The position numbers were made by a program, and so were the translations under genes. A DNA stretch of 16,972 bases. Origin: Tolypothrix carrinoi HA7290-LM1 (GTDB lineage Bacteria > Cyanobacteriota > Cyanobacteriia > Cyanobacteriales > Nostocaceae). Each line of letters opens with the position of its first letter. Within the stretch, counting starts at the first letter, position 1. Positions 15,208 through 16,972 of this stretch are shown here, piece after piece. The notes below the pieces were generated by a model. The model was not told the origin of the DNA and did no database searches. It saw nothing but the letters and a program-made list of their open reading frames with translations. The stretch spans positions 1 to 16,972 of the forward strand of contig JAHHIK010000145.1 in NCBI GenBank assembly GCA_019358935.1. The letters are read 5' to 3'.

Positions 15208-16731
15208 CTATCTGGCAATTTCTTCGCATACTATTTGGGCTAATTTTTGCGCTGCGCCGGCTTGGCCTCGAACACTCCGCAATTTCGCTTGAATCGCTGC
15301 CAATTTTTCTGGATGAGCCAAATAATCTAAAACCATCTCCCCCACCTCTTGCGGTTGAAGTTTTCCCACCAATTCCGGGACTATCATTGACTGTGCCCAA
15401 ATATTGGGCCATGCTAATAAACCCTTTCGCCTAAGTACCAACCAGTTAATTAACTTAGCAAAGCTAGAACCAAGCAAAGGCATATTTGCCAAAAGTCCGG
15501 GTAAACCATCCCAAGAACGCATGGCATCAAGTTGTTGCGTTGGTAGCAAAACAATCATCGGCACGCCTAAAGAACCGAGTTCAGCGGTGTTTGCCCCGAC
15601 TGTAGTTAGGCAGATACTGCATTGAGATAATAAATCATAAGCAGGCGTTTTAGTGTATAGTTCTACACTTAAGCCAGTGGCAGTTAAAAGTTCGGAGTCA
15701 GGTAGAGACGTTCCACTGGAACGTCTGTACAAAAGTTCGGAGTTAGGTAGAGACGTTCCACCGGAACGTCTGTACAAAGAAGCATTGCTAAAGCTGAAGG
15801 TTTTTACAAAGGGGTTTTTTTCGGGATCGGCAAAACTAGCTAAAGTTGGTAAATCCAAAGTTGGGGCTACAGGAATGACAAACTTAATTTCCGGTCTTTT
15901 GCTGTGAATGTATTCAGCGATCGCCAACATCAAAGGCACTCCCTGTGACAACTTTGCCGCTTTCGATCCCGGCAAAAGTCCAATCAATTCAATTTGGGGA
16001 GTGGGGAGTGGGGAGTGGGGAGAGGGGGAAGACAAGGGAGAGGGGGGAGACAAGGGAGAGGGGGGAGCAGGGGAAGCAGGGGGAGCAGGGGGAGCAGGGG
16101 AAGCAGGGGAAGCAGGGGAAGAAATTTCCCCTTGTCCCCTTGTCTCCTTGTCCCCTTGTCCTCCTTGTCCCCCTTGTCCCCCTTGTCCTCCTTGTCCTCC
16201 TTGTCCCCTTGTCCCCTTGTCTCCCACCCCCCCTCTCCCACTCCCCCCCGCTTCTACCATCAAGTCGCCGACAACGGTAAATTTATGAGCATATTTCTGG
16301 GGTACGCGGGCTGCTACTTCAGATTTCATTATCCCGAAGCGGTCAATTAAACTGTGCCATCTAGCTTCCCATTCCGCGTAAACAACAGTGCGATAATTCA
16401 GTTTTTTGCCAATTACCACGGGGAAAAATTGATCGCCACCGAGAAAGACTACTACACCGCGACTTCTCCAATCCCAATTTTCAAAAGTCTTTCCCCAAAG
16501 CAAAAACTGCCAAAAATGTTCTGCTGATTGTACTCGATCTACTTCTGGATAAGAACGAGCGATCGCTGCTTCTTTACCAGTAGCATTTGGGCATGGTGAT
16601 AATATAACCGAAATCCTTACCACAGAACGGTCATCGCCCAGTTGTTGCCGCAATGCCTGCACCACTGGACGTACCCAGGTCGTTACCTCCCCAGGACCAT
16701 TTGAAAGTATTAAAATATCAACTTGACTCAT
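15208..16731 (-). CDS. lpxB: Lipid-A-disaccharide synthase-related glycosyltransferase (LpxB-like) with repeat-derived insertions
   Basis: ILILSNGPGE, FTVVGDLM, IGLLPGSK, TTVGANTAEL, WPNIWA...VPEL. Frame intact over 507 aa. Confidence 0.8.
   Translation of the reverse strand: MSQVDILILSNGPGEVTTWVRPVVQALRQQLGDDRSVVRISVILSPCPNATGKEAAIARSYPEVDRVQSAEHFWQFLLWGKTFENWDWRSRGVVVFLGGDQFFPVVIGKKLNYRTVVYAEWEARWHSLIDRFGIMKSEVAARVPQKYAHKFTVVGDLMVEAGGSGRGGVGDKGTRGQGGQGGQGGQGGQGGQGDKETRGQGEISSPASPASPAPPAPPASPAPPSPLSPPSPLSSPSPHSPLPTPQIELIGLLPGSKAAKLSQGVPLMLAIAEYIHSKRPEIKFVIPVAPTLDLPTLASFADPEKNPFVKTFSFSNASLYRRSGGTSLPNSELLYRRSSGTSLPDSELLTATGLSVELYTKTPAYDLLSQCSICLTTVGANTAELGSLGVPMIVLLPTQQLDAMRSWDGLPGLLANMPLLGSSFAKLINWLVLRRKGLLAWPNIWAQSMIVPELVGKLQPQEVGEMVLDYLAHPEKLAAIQAKLRSVRGQAGAAQKLAQIVCEEIAR
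15686..15775. repeat. 2 x 45-bp in-frame tandem duplication, each unit containing a REP-like palindrome
   Basis: Units 15686-15730 and 15731-15775; palindromes at 15702-15730 and 15747-15775. Encodes YRRSGGTSLPNSELL / YRRSSGTSLPDSELL. Confidence 0.92.
15996..16250. repeat. STRR-derived in-frame insertion in the lpxB-like gene
   Basis: GGGGAGT, GGGG(G/A)AGCA and CCCCTTGT / CC(C/T)CCTTGT units encoding (GGQ)5 and PAS/PPS/PLS runs. Confidence 0.92.
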
Positions 16732-16972
16732 GAGTTAATCGTGAAGAGTTAGGGGTTATTAGTCAAGAGGCGAGTATTACCTAATTGTTCCTTAGTTACA
16801 GAGGTATGATATTGCTGATATAATTCCAAGCTATGTTTGATAACGTCTGTAAAGTGCGATTCGTTCGCTCGAAATGGATTTTATCCAAGGATGAGCGGCA
16901 AGGAAAATAACAGAATAAACCCTGTGAATGAACCTTGACAACTCAGTTTTCGTGATGGTGAAATTCCATCCC

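Noticed and set aside
15404..16350. Several ORFs overlapping the lpxB-like gene
   Set aside because: Shadow frames and repeat-derived open frames.

Overview
This looks like a filamentous cyanobacterial (probably Nostocales) chromosome segment, judged from more than 20 HIP1 GCGATCGC octamers, STRR heptamer/octamer repeats and cyanobacteria-type genes. Bases 1-6600 are a decaying accessory island. It holds frameshifted genes of an integrative/plasmid-like element (RHH regulator, coiled-coil and membrane proteins) and a trypsin-like protease / COP23 / membrane Ser-Thr kinase module. That module and degraded antitoxin- and phage-like ORFs lie between two diverged copies of a 77-bp segment. Bases 6600-9300 carry the cobalamin gene cbiET between two toxin-antitoxin pairs. 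This block is preceded by a perfect 3x21-bp tandem repeat and a duplicated cbiE fragment, and followed by an orphan two-repeat CRISPR mini-array at the point where the second toxin is truncated. Bases 9300-16972 are mostly ordinary: LOG, ftsH, two hypothetical genes, a PhyH-type dioxygenase and an lpxB-like gene. The lpxB-like gene carries in-frame STRR and REP-derived insertions, in which one base change removes the stop codon the REP would otherwise introduce. All family calls come from motif recognition by eye; no searches were run.
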